DNA of 36,727 bases, taken from Sphacelaria rigidula (lineage: Eukaryota). Below the pieces are notes generated by a model, which had not been told where the DNA came from, did not search any database, and saw only the letters and a program-made list of their open reading frames with translations. The stretch lies in assembly GCA_964200075.2 (NCBI GenBank), contig CAXNAA020000016.1, forward strand, positions 1-36,727, read 5' to 3'. The position numbers and the translations under genes were made by a program. This document shows, in pieces, positions 1 through 12,600 of this stretch (the stretch's first letter is position 1; each line of letters opens with the position of its first letter).

Positions 1-218
1 CGCTCCGTACCATATAAAAAAAATCCGCACCGCACCGTGACATTTTCGTTGGCGGATATCCGCTCCGCAATAATCCGTGACATTTTCGTTGGCGGATATC
101 CGCACCGTCATAATCCGTGATTTTGGATACATACGGATATCCGCTCCGCTCCGCTCCGTGAGGTTTCGAAAAAAAAAATCCGCACCGCGGAGCGGATTGT
201 CCTCCGTACACATCCCTG
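1..218. mobile_element. End of a hAT-like non-autonomous element with subterminal repeats
   Basis: Ends in CATCCCTG (reverse complement CAGGGATG, an Ac-like terminus) where cassette homology begins; 40-bp tandem (35-114) and many ccgca/ccgct motifs; other end outside the window. Confidence 0.6.
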
Positions 219-592
219 ATATTTTGTAGGAGGTATTTGTTGTTTCGTGTAACTATACGGTTCAAGTGGGGCTTATGTTAGGTTACGGCAGCAGAATACA
301 GTCAGGGTTGTTTAGCTGAGTTTCTTGGTTTGTTTGTGCTAACCATCGATCGGTTCAAATCGCCTTTTCCGGCTCCAAACTATCCTCCGTGTTTTCAACG
401 CGGTATCATTTGCAACCCTTCGTTTTTACGTCGGTATTCGGCTGGTACTGTAAGAGCATCGAGAAGTATGAAGGCTGTCGTCGTGGAGTACCACACTTCA
501 CGCGGCGCATTCCAACTGGTGCGTGTTGCAGATGTGCAACAGCCGGGCACCCAGGCGCATTTTGAAGCGTTATGTTCGTTTTCCCGCCGCAG

Positions 593-673
593 GTGCATTC
601 TATGTAACTTCCAGCGACATCACGATCGATGGCGATATGACTTTCGCCAACAATACTGGAGTACGTCTTGGAG
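593..673 (+). CDS. Repeat exon 1 (81 nt, phase 1-1): GAFYVTSSDITIDGDMTFANNTGVRLG
   Basis: cccgccgcAG|GTGCA...GGAG|GTgagac; length is a multiple of 3; FANN motif. Confidence 0.85.
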
Positions 674-3600
674 GTGAGACACGATGTCTTTCTAGGCGCA
701 TTCAGCATGCAGCAATGCTGTCATACGACGGCAAAGTACTATACCTGCGGAACCGTCATAGTGGAAGTTTGTGATAAACCGCTTGCAGCGACATCGTAGA
801 CATGTAGTAGTATGGAGCACCTCGTTAAATCACCAGAACGCCACGGCAACAGGCGTTGTATGGTTGAAAACCCAACCGAGTTCTTCGAGAGTGTATGTAC
901 CGCTGTAGACACATATTGTAACATGGGTGTGCCGATTGTTGTGCGTTATTGTGTGGAACTGGATCATAGTGCCGTTTCCATACATTGTACATATGGGGGG
1001 CGGGAGGGGTATGGACAATCTGGGAAGGAATCGCTGAGGACGCTTCTTGTAGACAGGAAACGGCTTCCCTGAGATCTGGCCCTTTTCAGTCGTTCATCGC
1101 GGAGTTTTGGCGGAATACGGTCCTTGGCGGAGTAGGCCTCCTCTCAAAGATTTGCTCTGTTTTCCCGTAGGATTCTTGCGCATTTTTCCGTCGTTCGTGC
1201 GCCCAGCTCTACTTTTGGCCGGTTTCCCCATTTTTCCAGTCGCCCCAAATATTTTCCTGTTGTCGAGGGACAACCCGTGTGTTGCGGAATTTCAGGGCGA
1301 CTGAAAAATCAGGAATCCGGCCTAAAGTGAAACTGGGCGTATGGAAAATGGGGGAAGTGCGCTAGAATCCCCTTGGAATGCATAGCAAATCTTTCAGAGC
1401 AGGCACTATCCGCCAAGGCCCATATTCCGCCAAAGCTCCGCGATGAAGAGCGTACAAAAGGCAGTTCTCGTAAAGTTCGTTTCCTGACTATTAGAGGCGG
1501 CCTGAGCATGTGTAATAGTACAGGTGTGGAAGATACCGCTTGGATCATTGTCATCCGTCAATCTCACATACCGAAATGCAATGCATCGAAGTCTTCTATG
1601 TTGATTCCAACGAAAGAATCTTTTGTGCAGTCCTTACGTGAGAATGCAGGAGGTTACGACTTGGGACAACCATCTTGAGTGTAGCGATCAGGGAAAACCG
1701 CAGGAACGGCAGCGGAGATTCCTACATGTTCTGGCCGCAGCCAAGCCATTCCACAGGGATATTGCGGTCCCGGCGTATTTGGCCCTCACCTGTAGTCGAA
1801 GCGACATGTTTGCCAGCTAGCTTGGATGCGGGATCGCACCCGAAAGGGAAATCGCAGGGAAAACGTTTACGAGGGCTGAAACACCTCTCCTTGATCTTTG
1901 ATGCCATGCTCGATGCTGCTTTCAGGACGACGTATCTCGTTTCGAACGCGATATCCCATTGCCTGACGCCGTTCGCCGTTTGAGTGAAGTTTAAAAGAGA
2001 GAGATTTTTTGTAGCACTCGGTGAATGGGGCGACACCGTTATCTCCCGCGCGGTCTTTCGCGGAACTCCTTACCATTCACCGCGCTTTCAACGCGGGACC
2101 TTTTGCAACCCTTCGTTTTTGTTTCGGTATTCTGCTGCCATCCGTCACTAAGGCAGACTGGGTGTGCAGGTAAGAGCATCAAGAGTCAAGAAGACTGTCT
2201 GCGTGGAGTACCCCATCTCAAACAGCGTATTCTAACTGGTGTGTATTGCAGATGTGTGACAGCGAGGCACCCAGGCGCATTTTGAAGCTGTTTGTCCGTT
2301 TCCCCGCCGCAGGTGCTGCCTATATATCTTCTAGCGACGTCACCATCGATGGCGATATGACTCTCGTCAACCACGCTGCTACATTTGGAGGTGAGACACG
2401 ATGTGTTCCAAGGCGCATTCGGCATGCAGCAATTCGGTCATCGACGGCAAAATGATGTTACTGCCGAACCGTCATCGTGGAAGTTGTAAATGAACACTTG
2501 TGGCGACATCCTAGACATGGAATAGTACGGACCACCTCATGAAACTACCAGAGCGCCACGGGACCACGCGCTGGACGGCAACAGGCTTCGTGTGGTCGAA
2601 ACCCCGCCGAGTAGTCCAAGAGTGTATGTCTCGCTGTAGACACGAAGATGTGTCGATCGTTGCGCGTTGTTGTGGGGAGTTGGATCGTAGTGCCGTTCCA
2701 TGTCTCGGCGAAACTCATGCGGGTCATCATCGCTTTGTTGGCCTCCAGTTTCCCGTCAGCACTCAATGGCATTGCACTGGTGTAGAGGAGGTACTTCGCG
2801 GTGAACGGCAATACTCGTCCGTGATGTATGAGGTACTGGTTGGTGATCACGACCTGTAGTCTGGTGCACACTTGTAGGTATCGACCTACCCTTCGTAGGT
2901 GGTATTTGTTGTTCCGTGTAGCTATAAGGTTCAAGTGGGGCGTATGTTAGGTTACGGCAGCGAAATGCAGTCAGGGTTGTTTAGCTGAGCATCTTGGTTT
3001 GTTTGTGCATGCCATCAGTTCAAGTCGCCTTTTCCGGCTCCGAACTATCCACCGTGTTTTCCACGCGGTATCAATTTGCAGCCCTTCACTTTTCTTTCGG
3101 TATCCGGCTGCCACCCGTCACCAAGACAGAACGGGTGTGTAGGCAAGAGCATCGACAGGCATGAAAACTGTCGTCGGGGAGTACCACACCTCACGCGGCG
3201 CATTCCAACTGGTGTGTGTGTTGCAGATGTGTGACAGCCCGGCACCCAGGTGTATTTTGAAGCTCTTTGTCCGTTTCCCCGCCGCAGGTGCAGTCTATGT
3301 GACTTCCAGCGACGTCACCATCGATGGCGTTATGACTGTCGCCAACAATACTGCAAGAAGTCTTGGAGGTGAGACACGATGTCTTTCTAGGCGCATTCAG
3401 CATGCAGCAATGCGGTTATTGACGGCAAAACGCTATTACTGTGAACCGTTATCGTGGAAGTTGTTGATGAACCCTTGTGGCGATATCCTAAATATATAAT
3501 AGTACGGAGCACCCCATGAAACCACCAAAACGTCACGAGACCACGCGCTGGACGGCGATAGGCTATGTAGGGTTCAAAACCCCACCGAGTAGTCCAAGAG

Positions 3601-6600
3601 TGTATGTATCGCTGTAGACATTTTTTCTTGTCGCACTTTGAGCCCCTCACCTTTCTCAGGACGAGTCCATGATCTCAAGGGATCAACCCATCTCTCCCCG
3701 GTACACGCCTTGCAGCCACTTTCTACGATAGCCCCCCCCCCCAAAACAAGTGCATGTTTTTTGGGGGCAAAACCTCCACGTAAATCGAAGTGGGAAAAGC
3801 CGATCACAACGAGCCGCTGGGAATTCCCACGCTTGGGTTCGCTTTAGCCAATGTTGCCAATATGAAGCGCTTTATGCAGCCTAAACACAAACATCAGGCG
3901 CTGTATGGCCATTTTTCTATTGACACTTTTGGGCTGGTTTTGGGGAGGGGCTATCGTAGAAAGTGTCTGCATTTTGGTCTCGAGGATCTAATCAACACTC
4001 CCGCACCGCCTCAACTCACGTCAAGCTATGACAAACGTCCCTTATTTCTTCCAATCGAGAATGCACAGGACACCTTGAGACAAACTCCACGTTTGTTCCT
4101 GGTCACTTAAAGAAGGAAAATGAGAACAACGTCTTTCCCAGAACAAGTCCGTGCCGTCGGGTAATCCGCCGCAGTTTTTACCAACAATCTCGGAACATTA
4201 TACTGGATGTCGCGCTCTTGCATCTCAACCTGTTCCCCATGAGTCAAATTGCCACATGACCGACACCCTCACTAATTTTGCACATTGGGAATTCGAACAC
4301 ATGAAAAACAAATGCACTCACGGAAATTGGTGGAACACTTCAAAGTTTGAACCCTCAAAAACCAAATGTTCCCAACGAGCACGAGTCGCATCCAAGCTAA
4401 GACCAGAAGATAGCCTGGCCTCGACTTATGATACGGATTTCATGAGAATGCCCTTTAACCCTAATGGGACACACTAAGTTAAAACTCTCGGCGGCATTTT
4501 AATCAGACCGTTCATAGCTTGACATATGACCCGTACAAGGTTCGAGACTCATACCTCAGTCGACAAAGTTGCTTAAGTTACGTGATGTTCATCGAAACAT
4601 TCCTGTGGCACCGGATACTATATGCAAAGCTGACGGTTTCGTCAGCACATCAGCATGCTGTTGAGCTATCGGGACATACTCCACTCAAATGACCTACTTA
4701 GACACCAACTCTCCAAAAAATGATGACGTATATCTATATGCTCACTGTTGTGGGAGCTTCGCGGATTATTCGCGAGCTAAAAAGCTCCCTGGTTGTCCTC
4801 GTATACTGTTACCCGAATGCAAAGCTCTTTCCTCTGCGGTTGCATGAATTTCAGTACCGCCTTCACAAAAAAGACATCCTTCACCACATCCCTCATCTCT
4901 ACATACTCAGCTTGAGTCGTAAACAACGTTACATTCTTATGAGTCCGAGAGAAAAATCCGACCACAGCCCCACAGAAAGATATTGCCCCTTCCGACACTG
5001 GACGTCGATCGTCGAGTTTTGCGTAGTCAGCATCCGCATACGCTACCAACTTGTCGCTCGAACCCCTTACATACGTAATTCCAAAACCTATTGTAGTCCT
5101 CAGGTATTCAAAACCCCTCAACACTTTCCGCCCGTCCTCTGCTGTCGGGTTCTCGTTGTGCCTGGAGGCAGCTCTCACGGCGTCGGCGATATCCGGACGA
5201 GCGTTACTAGAGAGCCACATGAGTGATCCTACCGCCTCGCAATACCTCCCCCTAAAGTCTTCTCCCTCATCAACCTTGAAAGAAAGTGAAACATACGCGG
5301 GGGTCGCTGCGGTCCTAGTGATGGAAACCCTGTCCAGAATCCGTTGGATATATGCAGTCTGTGACAACTCTAGAGTACCCCTCTCGAGGTCGTGCCTGTA
5401 CTCGCACCCCGCATACAAGACCAGTTCTCCAAGACTTTTCGTCGGAAAATGAAGGTTGAAATCTGCAGCCGACTTGTTGCACACCGCCTCATCACCCACC
5501 ACGAACATGTCATCGACGTGCACCACAATCAGAACCTTAACCTTCTCCCCGTTCATCAACCTGTAGATGCACGGGTCGACCAAACTCTGGTCCAAACCCA
5601 GAGTTTTCAGAGTTTTCCCCAGCTCACCAAACCATTCCCTAGCCGCTTGTCGAGTCCCGTACAACCTGTTCCTCAGGTGTACAAAAGTACCTGACCGTCC
5701 ACTCAGACCTGGTGGCAACCGCATGTACACTTCATCATTCAGCTCAGATTATACGAAAGCTTCCTCAACTTCAAAGTGAAAAATGGTCTTCTCCTCAGCG
5801 CAAGCTACCGTCGCAGCTACTCTGTTGATTGTTGAGGAAGGGGTAGGTGAAAACGTTGAAATATCGCCCCATCTCTTGACGATCACCCCTGAAAAACAGT
5901 CGAGCTTTCGCCTTTATCACGTAACCATGCTCGTCGGTCTTCCACTGAAAAACCCGCTTGGAATCTATTACTTTATCTCCTGCTGGCGGTGAGTCTACAA
6001 CTACCCACGTGTTTTTACGTTCCAATCCTTCCACCTGTATGTTCATTGCATCAATCCACACTCCCTTGAACTGAGAATTGTGTACATCATTTACCGTCTT
6101 CGGTGCTACCTTCATCTCATCAACAGGAACGTATGGAATAACCTCCAGCTCAGACTCCCCTGTTTTGCTTGGGTCGTCCGTGTGGCCCAGGAATGCCAGT
6201 ATCCTGTCGGCGCCCCACAAATCCTCCGTCGTTACCCACAACGCACTGTGATCGCCTTACACATGCTGTAGATCAGGAACATGGTGATGCAGTCGCTGTT
6301 CATGGCGTTCTTGCTGCAGCAGTCGTGTTTGTTGCCTCGTCCGACCCAGCGTCGGTTAAACCGAATCTAGTTGGTTCGCGGCATCTCCGCCACCGACAGA
6401 CGATGTCTCCGACGAATCACGACCGGAAGATGGTGCAGACGATGTAGGCGACGCAGGCGGCTGCTCCATTGTGTTCTCGCCGTCGTCATTATGTGGTCCC
6501 TGCTCAGGTTCCGACCGCTCATTGCCATTTCTTTCACGCTCCTCGGACACCGCATCATCCGTGATTCCCCTTCCCCACTTCGAGGTCCGACTCCCCTGAA

Positions 6601-9600
6601 ACAGAGTCCTCGGCATCACCCTCCCCGCTCTCTACATCCTGCGAAATTTCCCTACCCCGCGTAGAGAACGGGACCGCTGTTTGCGAACGTGAGGGGGATA
6701 AACGACACCAAGTGACATTGCGAATGGTGATGACATATCTACCGGTCGCCTGCACTCTCATGGAGTCACGAGGGTAGTTGTCACCAGGTCTTACGTAAAA
6801 ACACTCCTGTGCTCTGGGCATACACTTCGACGTTCTCTTGTACTTATGAAGAAAGGTGAAAGCTTAACCTGGGGTACTACACCATGGTATAGTTTATCTG
6901 GAGACTTCTTACCCAGCGTTAGCCGTGGTGGCAGAGCAATTTAATGCGTCTGCTGCCCAACGATACGATTCAGCTCACATTCTTGCCAGAACATCGTATA
7001 GTACCTCCGCCTGGATTCGTGCAGCCATAGCGGTCTGTCCAACCATAGCTATCGCACGCTCAGCCACACCGTTAAACTCAGGACTGTCTACTGGGGTGTA
7101 CTCCTGTCCAATCCCTCGTGTCCTACACAGGTCGCTGAAAGACCTAGCAATCTCTCCATCGCCGTCCGACCTTGAAGTTTCCACCACCGAGGGAACGCAC
7201 TTTGCACCCTTACTGCTCGAATGCCTTCGTAGTGGCAGACCTGTGTTTCCTCAAATACATCCAGATTTTCCGCGACAAAGTATCCCGAATTAGAAACGAA
7301 TACTTCATTCCTCCCGTACTCTCAACTAGCTTTGGTCCGGACGCATCCATGAACATGCGCTCGAGCGGTTTTTCTGCTCTAGTGTTGGTTGAAATCGTAA
7401 TGGGCTTTCGCAGCCCCTTGGCTATGGAGCACCCCTTGCACTCCTCCACCTTTCCCACCAGAGACACCCCCTGCTGTTTCGCGGTTTCCCGCAACAAGCC
7501 CTCAAGCAGGTGGCCATGAGACTGATGAAACATACTGATGTCCACCTGATCTAGGTTGATTTGCATCTCTCCAGGGGTGAGAACAGCATTAGCAGACTCA
7601 TCGTCATCAACGTTGCGATCCGTCGAGGTGGTTGATGGTGAAAATCGAGTGAATACCACGATATCATTCCTTCCCTCCTTCGTGAAAAACACTTCCCTCT
7701 CATCAGGCAAAGTAATAACAGTCCCTCTCTTGGTCACACTAATCGGCAAATCATGTTCCACGGCCACACTCTGCAGGGAAATCAAATTTACGTCTAACTC
7801 CGGGACATGTGCCACTCTGTTGGTACCAAAAATTTGTTGATCATCGTCACCAACCGTTGATACCAAGCGTTTGCCAGACCCTGCTACCGGTACTTTATGG
7901 CTGTTTGCTACGGTGACCAAGACACCCGTGCAAGGCTCGTGATCACACATTCTCTCTCTCGATGGAGTCATGTGGTATGATGACCAGCTATCCGCTATCC
8001 AAATCTCCTTGCCCCCTTCATCAGAATTGGGCAGTCATCTTGTGCACTGTCTGCTGCGGACGTGCGTTCACTAGTCTTGGTCTCCGTTGCAACGTATCCA
8101 AATTCTCCGGAATCCTCGAAATTGTCCGACGTACACATCGCGACCATCTTATGAAACCCTTCGGAGTGTCCGTTATCTCCACATCCCTCACATATACGTT
8201 CAGGGCATTCCGACATGAAATGACCAGTCTTACCACACTCGAAAGACGTTGGATTCTTCCTTCCAGTTTTTTGTGTGTTTGTTGGAATGCTGCCGCCAGT
8301 ATTTCCAGTCGCACCGCCGTTACCCTGAACCTTGCTAGTGTGCTGTCTCTGATTTTTGCGACTTATGCCTACCCCTTTTACTCTTACCCTTGGGGGTGGA
8401 CCCTTCGTTGCCTGTGTAGAGGGTATGGTTGTGGTCTGCACGAGGCGAACCACCTGTTTTGTCGAGCGACACATATTCATCTTTGACAACGGGTTGTGTT
8501 TCATCCGTTAGTTTCGACGGCTCGAAACGTAGTTTCTCTCGTACAGTGGTGTACCCAGAGGGAAGTGAATTAAAAGAGACTTGTCCACGACAATCTCTTG
8601 AGCAATCCCCAATCCCAGCGACCTAGCACGCGACTGCAGCGACCGTAATCGAATCCAGCACTCATCAGTGTCTTGACCCTTGCTGTACTTATGGTTGTTG
8701 AACTCGGTCAAAGCGCCCATCTTTGGGCTTGATGTTTTCGGAGGAAACTCTTATTCCAAAGCACGCTTTGCTATAGAAGGAGATCGCGACTCGAAACGTG
8801 TGTGTCTACCGACCCCATCCTCAACAGTGTTGAGCAACAAAACATACGCAAATCGTGCTCGTTTGATGTCGTCCGAACTCACACCCAACCCTAGTAGCTG
8901 CTGCTCATTCAAAGGATCCACACAGAGCGCAGGGTCTCTGAATAAACCCTCGCCGAATCCGTACATGAAAGCATACCGCTCAACTCCTCGCTTAAAATTC
9001 ACCCATGCATGACCCTCATTGCTGTAGAAGGGGCGAATTTGTCGAGCCTCCCATGTTCGAGAATCGACACTCAATAGTATCGACGTACCTTGGGGTGTTA
9101 CTTTGCCTTCGTCCATCAACACCCGCACTCAAAATCCGTTGCATTTGGGAATCCAATACCGGACACCCTACCCAACGCCGTCATGTTGACTTGAGTACCT
9201 GCAGCTTCTCCGGATTGAGCACCGGTCCAGCTGTTGAGCGGTGCTGCCCTTGCTCCGAAGTCCATTGGAGAAGCTTCCTGCCGTGGTGGGTCTTCTGTTC
9301 TCAAGGTTGCAGAAGCCTCTCTAGCCCTACTAGCTTGCCATTCCTTGAAACTATGGTAATCTACCGGCGAGACTGACCACTCTTGCGCGGAAACGTCCCC
9401 CTCTACTACTAAATTTCTTCTCGTTCGCTGCTCGCTTTCGGCACCGCTCATGGTAAAAGCGTACCTACTAGCCCAAGTCTATCGTAAGTACTAAACGCTA
9501 CAGTAGCGTGTCGCTATACTTCGAGCACACACTGATTCAAGCAGCACCGACTGCTCACCCAGAAAGTGGAAGGCAGCTCGTACAACGCCAGTCGTCGAGA

Positions 9601-12600
9601 TGGAAACACTTTAAGAGAGGTATGGTACAAATAGCTTCGTTATCACGTTAAATGCCACCGGCATAAGAGAGAATACACACACAGTGATCACCCAGGGGCG
9701 AGAGGTGCGGGAGTGCACCTCCTCACATCCTCCGTAAGCTATGACGAATGTCCCTTATTTCTTCCAATCGAGAACGCACAGTATACCTTAAGACAACTCT
9801 TCATTTGTTCCTGGTCGCTTTGAGAAGGAAAATGAGAACGACATATCTCCCAGAACAAGTCCTTGCCGTCGGGTAATCCGCCGCAGTTTTTACCAACAAT
9901 CTCGGAACATTATACTGGATGTCACGCTCTTGCATCTCACGCTGTTCCCGATGAGTCAAATTAGTACATGATTAATATCCAGAACGACCAATGAGGCTGG
10001 TTAGGAATGACGTGTCTGGCAACAGTGGCTTCATGTTGCTGAAAATCCACGTGTATAACCACAAGGCTATCAGGAAGTCGAAAGTTTCATCCACTCTACT
10101 TTCTGGTGCAGGTACAAGCTGTATCTCGGGTGTTGTGAGCATCAGGTAATGTACAGATGTGGCAAGCAGTAGAAGTCGTCGTGGAGAGCTTTCAACAGGA
10201 TGTGGCGACGGCCGCCCGCCACTTGTGACCTTGGATGATATTATTGTTCCCATCACCTTGCCACACAACCCTTTGTGGTCGGGATGGGCCGCGATTTCCC
10301 TCCTCGTTGCAAGCAGCATTCTCTTCGAAGGGCATCGACGTTGCGCCGCACATACAGTACAGTACGCCTCTCCGACTGCAGCAGCGGCTGCCGCTGCATA
10401 CTCCCTTACACGTTCTCGGCAGTTTTCCGCGACGGAGATCAGCTATCTTTACACAACTTGCTTGTTCCCGCCAATTACAAATGGCTTCACTGCACGCTGT
10501 ACCGCCTCAATAGAGGGATACGCAGAAGTCATGCCTGTAGCTCCGTCTCTCGTTCCTCTACGTTGCTAGATTCAGTCGCCTTCTGAACATGACCACATAT
10601 ACAGTAGGGTACATTTATTCCCGAATTTCCCCCAAGCACCCTGTGTTAGTGTAATCATTATTACTAAAGGATGGTGACCCGAAACAAAATTCGGGGGAGT
10701 GGGGGTCGGACCTATATAAAATGTAAGTAAATGATGAAAAAATTGGCAAAGCAAGCAAGCCCCGACCATCGCGACTTTCTTTTGCTTCGAATGCTTTTTG
10801 TGGGCCAGGGACAGGGTACGCACACCAACTTGGCAATGACATCACTCCCAGCGACACAGCCCCCCTCCCAGGGGTCGTTCGGATGTGGTCAATAATTTTC
10901 GCCTCGCCGTGATTGGGCAGGTGCTCCTAGACGTGTTTAGTATTATTTCACTGAAACATGGTGAACCCCTTGTTACTGAGCTCCAGTCCCAAAATGGTTT
11001 AAACCATTGCGCTGGTTTAGAGGAGGTACTTCGCGATGAAGAGCAATACTCGTCCATGATGTGTCAGGTATCGGTTGGTGCTGACGGCTTGTAGTCTGGT
11101 GCATACTTGTAGGTGAAAACTTACACTTTGTAGGTGATATTTGTTGCTCCGTGTAGTTATATGGTTCACGTGAGGCGTAGAGTAGGATGCTGCAGCGAAA
11201 TGCAGTCAAGGTTGTTTAGCTGAGCTCCTTGGTTCCTTCGTGCATGCCATCTATAGGTTCAAGTCGCCTTTCCCGAGACTAGCGGTTACGGTCGCGCAAA
11301 CCGATAAACCCCGCGGTAGAGGAAACAGAGAGGCGAGAGCGAGATCGAGGAAGCTCCCTCTGTGTTCGCTCATCGCAACATACGTTGAGTGCGTTCCTGA
11401 TTGTATGCCAAAGTCTAGCCCGCCATAGTACGTTGTACGTATGGGGGTGGGAGGGCTATGGACAATCTGGGAAGGAGTTCCGAAGACCGCTTCCTATAGC
11501 TGGGAAACGGCCTCTCTGAGAACCGGATCATTCAAGCCTTCCGCCGTTTTGGCGGAATACGGGCCTCGGCATAGTAGACCTCCTCTGAAAGATCTGCTTT
11601 GCTTTTCAGTAAGGTTTTAGCGCACTGTCCCGTCTTCCGTACGACCAGTTCTACGTTTTGCCGCATTTTGAAGCTGTGTGTCTGCTTTCCCGCCGCAGGT
11701 GGTATGATTTTAATTCACAGCAACGTCACCATCGATGGCGATATGACTCTCGCCAACAACATTGCAGGAGAGACTGGAGGTGAGACACGATTTGTTCCTA
11801 GGAACATTCAGCACGCAGCAATGTCGTCGAGGCAAAGTGGTGATATTGGCGGACCGTCATCGCGGAAGTTGTTAATGCACACTTGTGGCGATATCCTAAA
11901 TATAGAATAGTACGGAGCAGTAAGGTCGAAAGCCCCGTCGAGTCGTCCATGGGTATGTGTATCGCTGTAGACACGTATTACATAATAGCTGTGTCGATTG
12001 TTGTACGTTATTGTGAGGAATTTGATCGTAGTGCCGCTTCATGTTTCCACCAAACTCACGCTGGTCATGACCGCTGTGTCGGCCTCCAGTATCCCGTGAG
12101 CTCTGAATAGCATAGGAGCTGTGTAGAGGAGGTGTAATGCGTGACAGGACCGTGTGGTAAGGGGACCGCGTTGTAGTTCGAACCACCTCAGGGCCGACGT
12201 TTGTCAAAACCAATCGGGCCAGTCCCTGCAGGAACCACGCCCCTGACCTTAACCCCAACACTAACCCTCACCCTGACGCCTACCATAGGGATGCTGAGAT
12301 TTCGATGTGGTCCCCTAACCACGCGGTCCTCTAACGCATTATAAAGGTACTTCGCGGTAAAGGGCAATACTCGTCCATGATGTATCAGGTACTGGTTGGT
12401 GCAGGCGACCTGTAGTCTGGTGCATACTTGGAGGTATAAACCTACACTTTGTAGGTGATATTTGTTGCTCCGTGTAGCTATAAGGTCAAAGTGAGGCGTA
12501 GAGTAGGATGCTGCAGCGAAATGCAGTCAAGGTTGTTTAGCTGAGATTCTCAGTATGTATGTGCATGCCATCTATCGGTTCAAGCCGTTTTTTCCGAGAC

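Larger units (their letters stand above)
4003..9977 (-). mobile_element. Decayed Ty1/copia LTR retrotransposon, antisense in intron 3
   Basis: Direct repeats 4003-4265 and 9715-9977 flank minus-strand domains in the order gag-PR-IN-RT-RH; purine tract (tagtgaggg on minus) abuts the 3' LTR. Confidence 0.95.

Noticed and set aside
528-592. Upstream 'ttgcag' as an alternative acceptor in the cassette
   Set aside because: It would add 61 nt in cassette 1 and shift the frame, and it is deleted in cassette 4.
523-774. Recurrent short ORFs 'MLQMC..PRRILK..FPAAG..GGETRC' as a family of small proteins
   Set aside because: They are read-through of intron flanks around the 81-nt exons. FPAAG and GETRC are the translated splice sites, and the flanks are lost or frameshifted in cassettes 4 and 6.
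4777-5730. RT ORF as a retron or DGR-type reverse transcriptase diversifying the repeat exons
   Set aside because: It is a standard copia RT/RNase H within LTRs and is pseudogenised. Exon variation is not adenine-specific and no template repeat is visible.
10637-10963. Independent MITE with accctgtgttagtg TIRs
   Set aside because: It sits at the same position in both piggyBac-like copies, so it is best treated as internal to that family.
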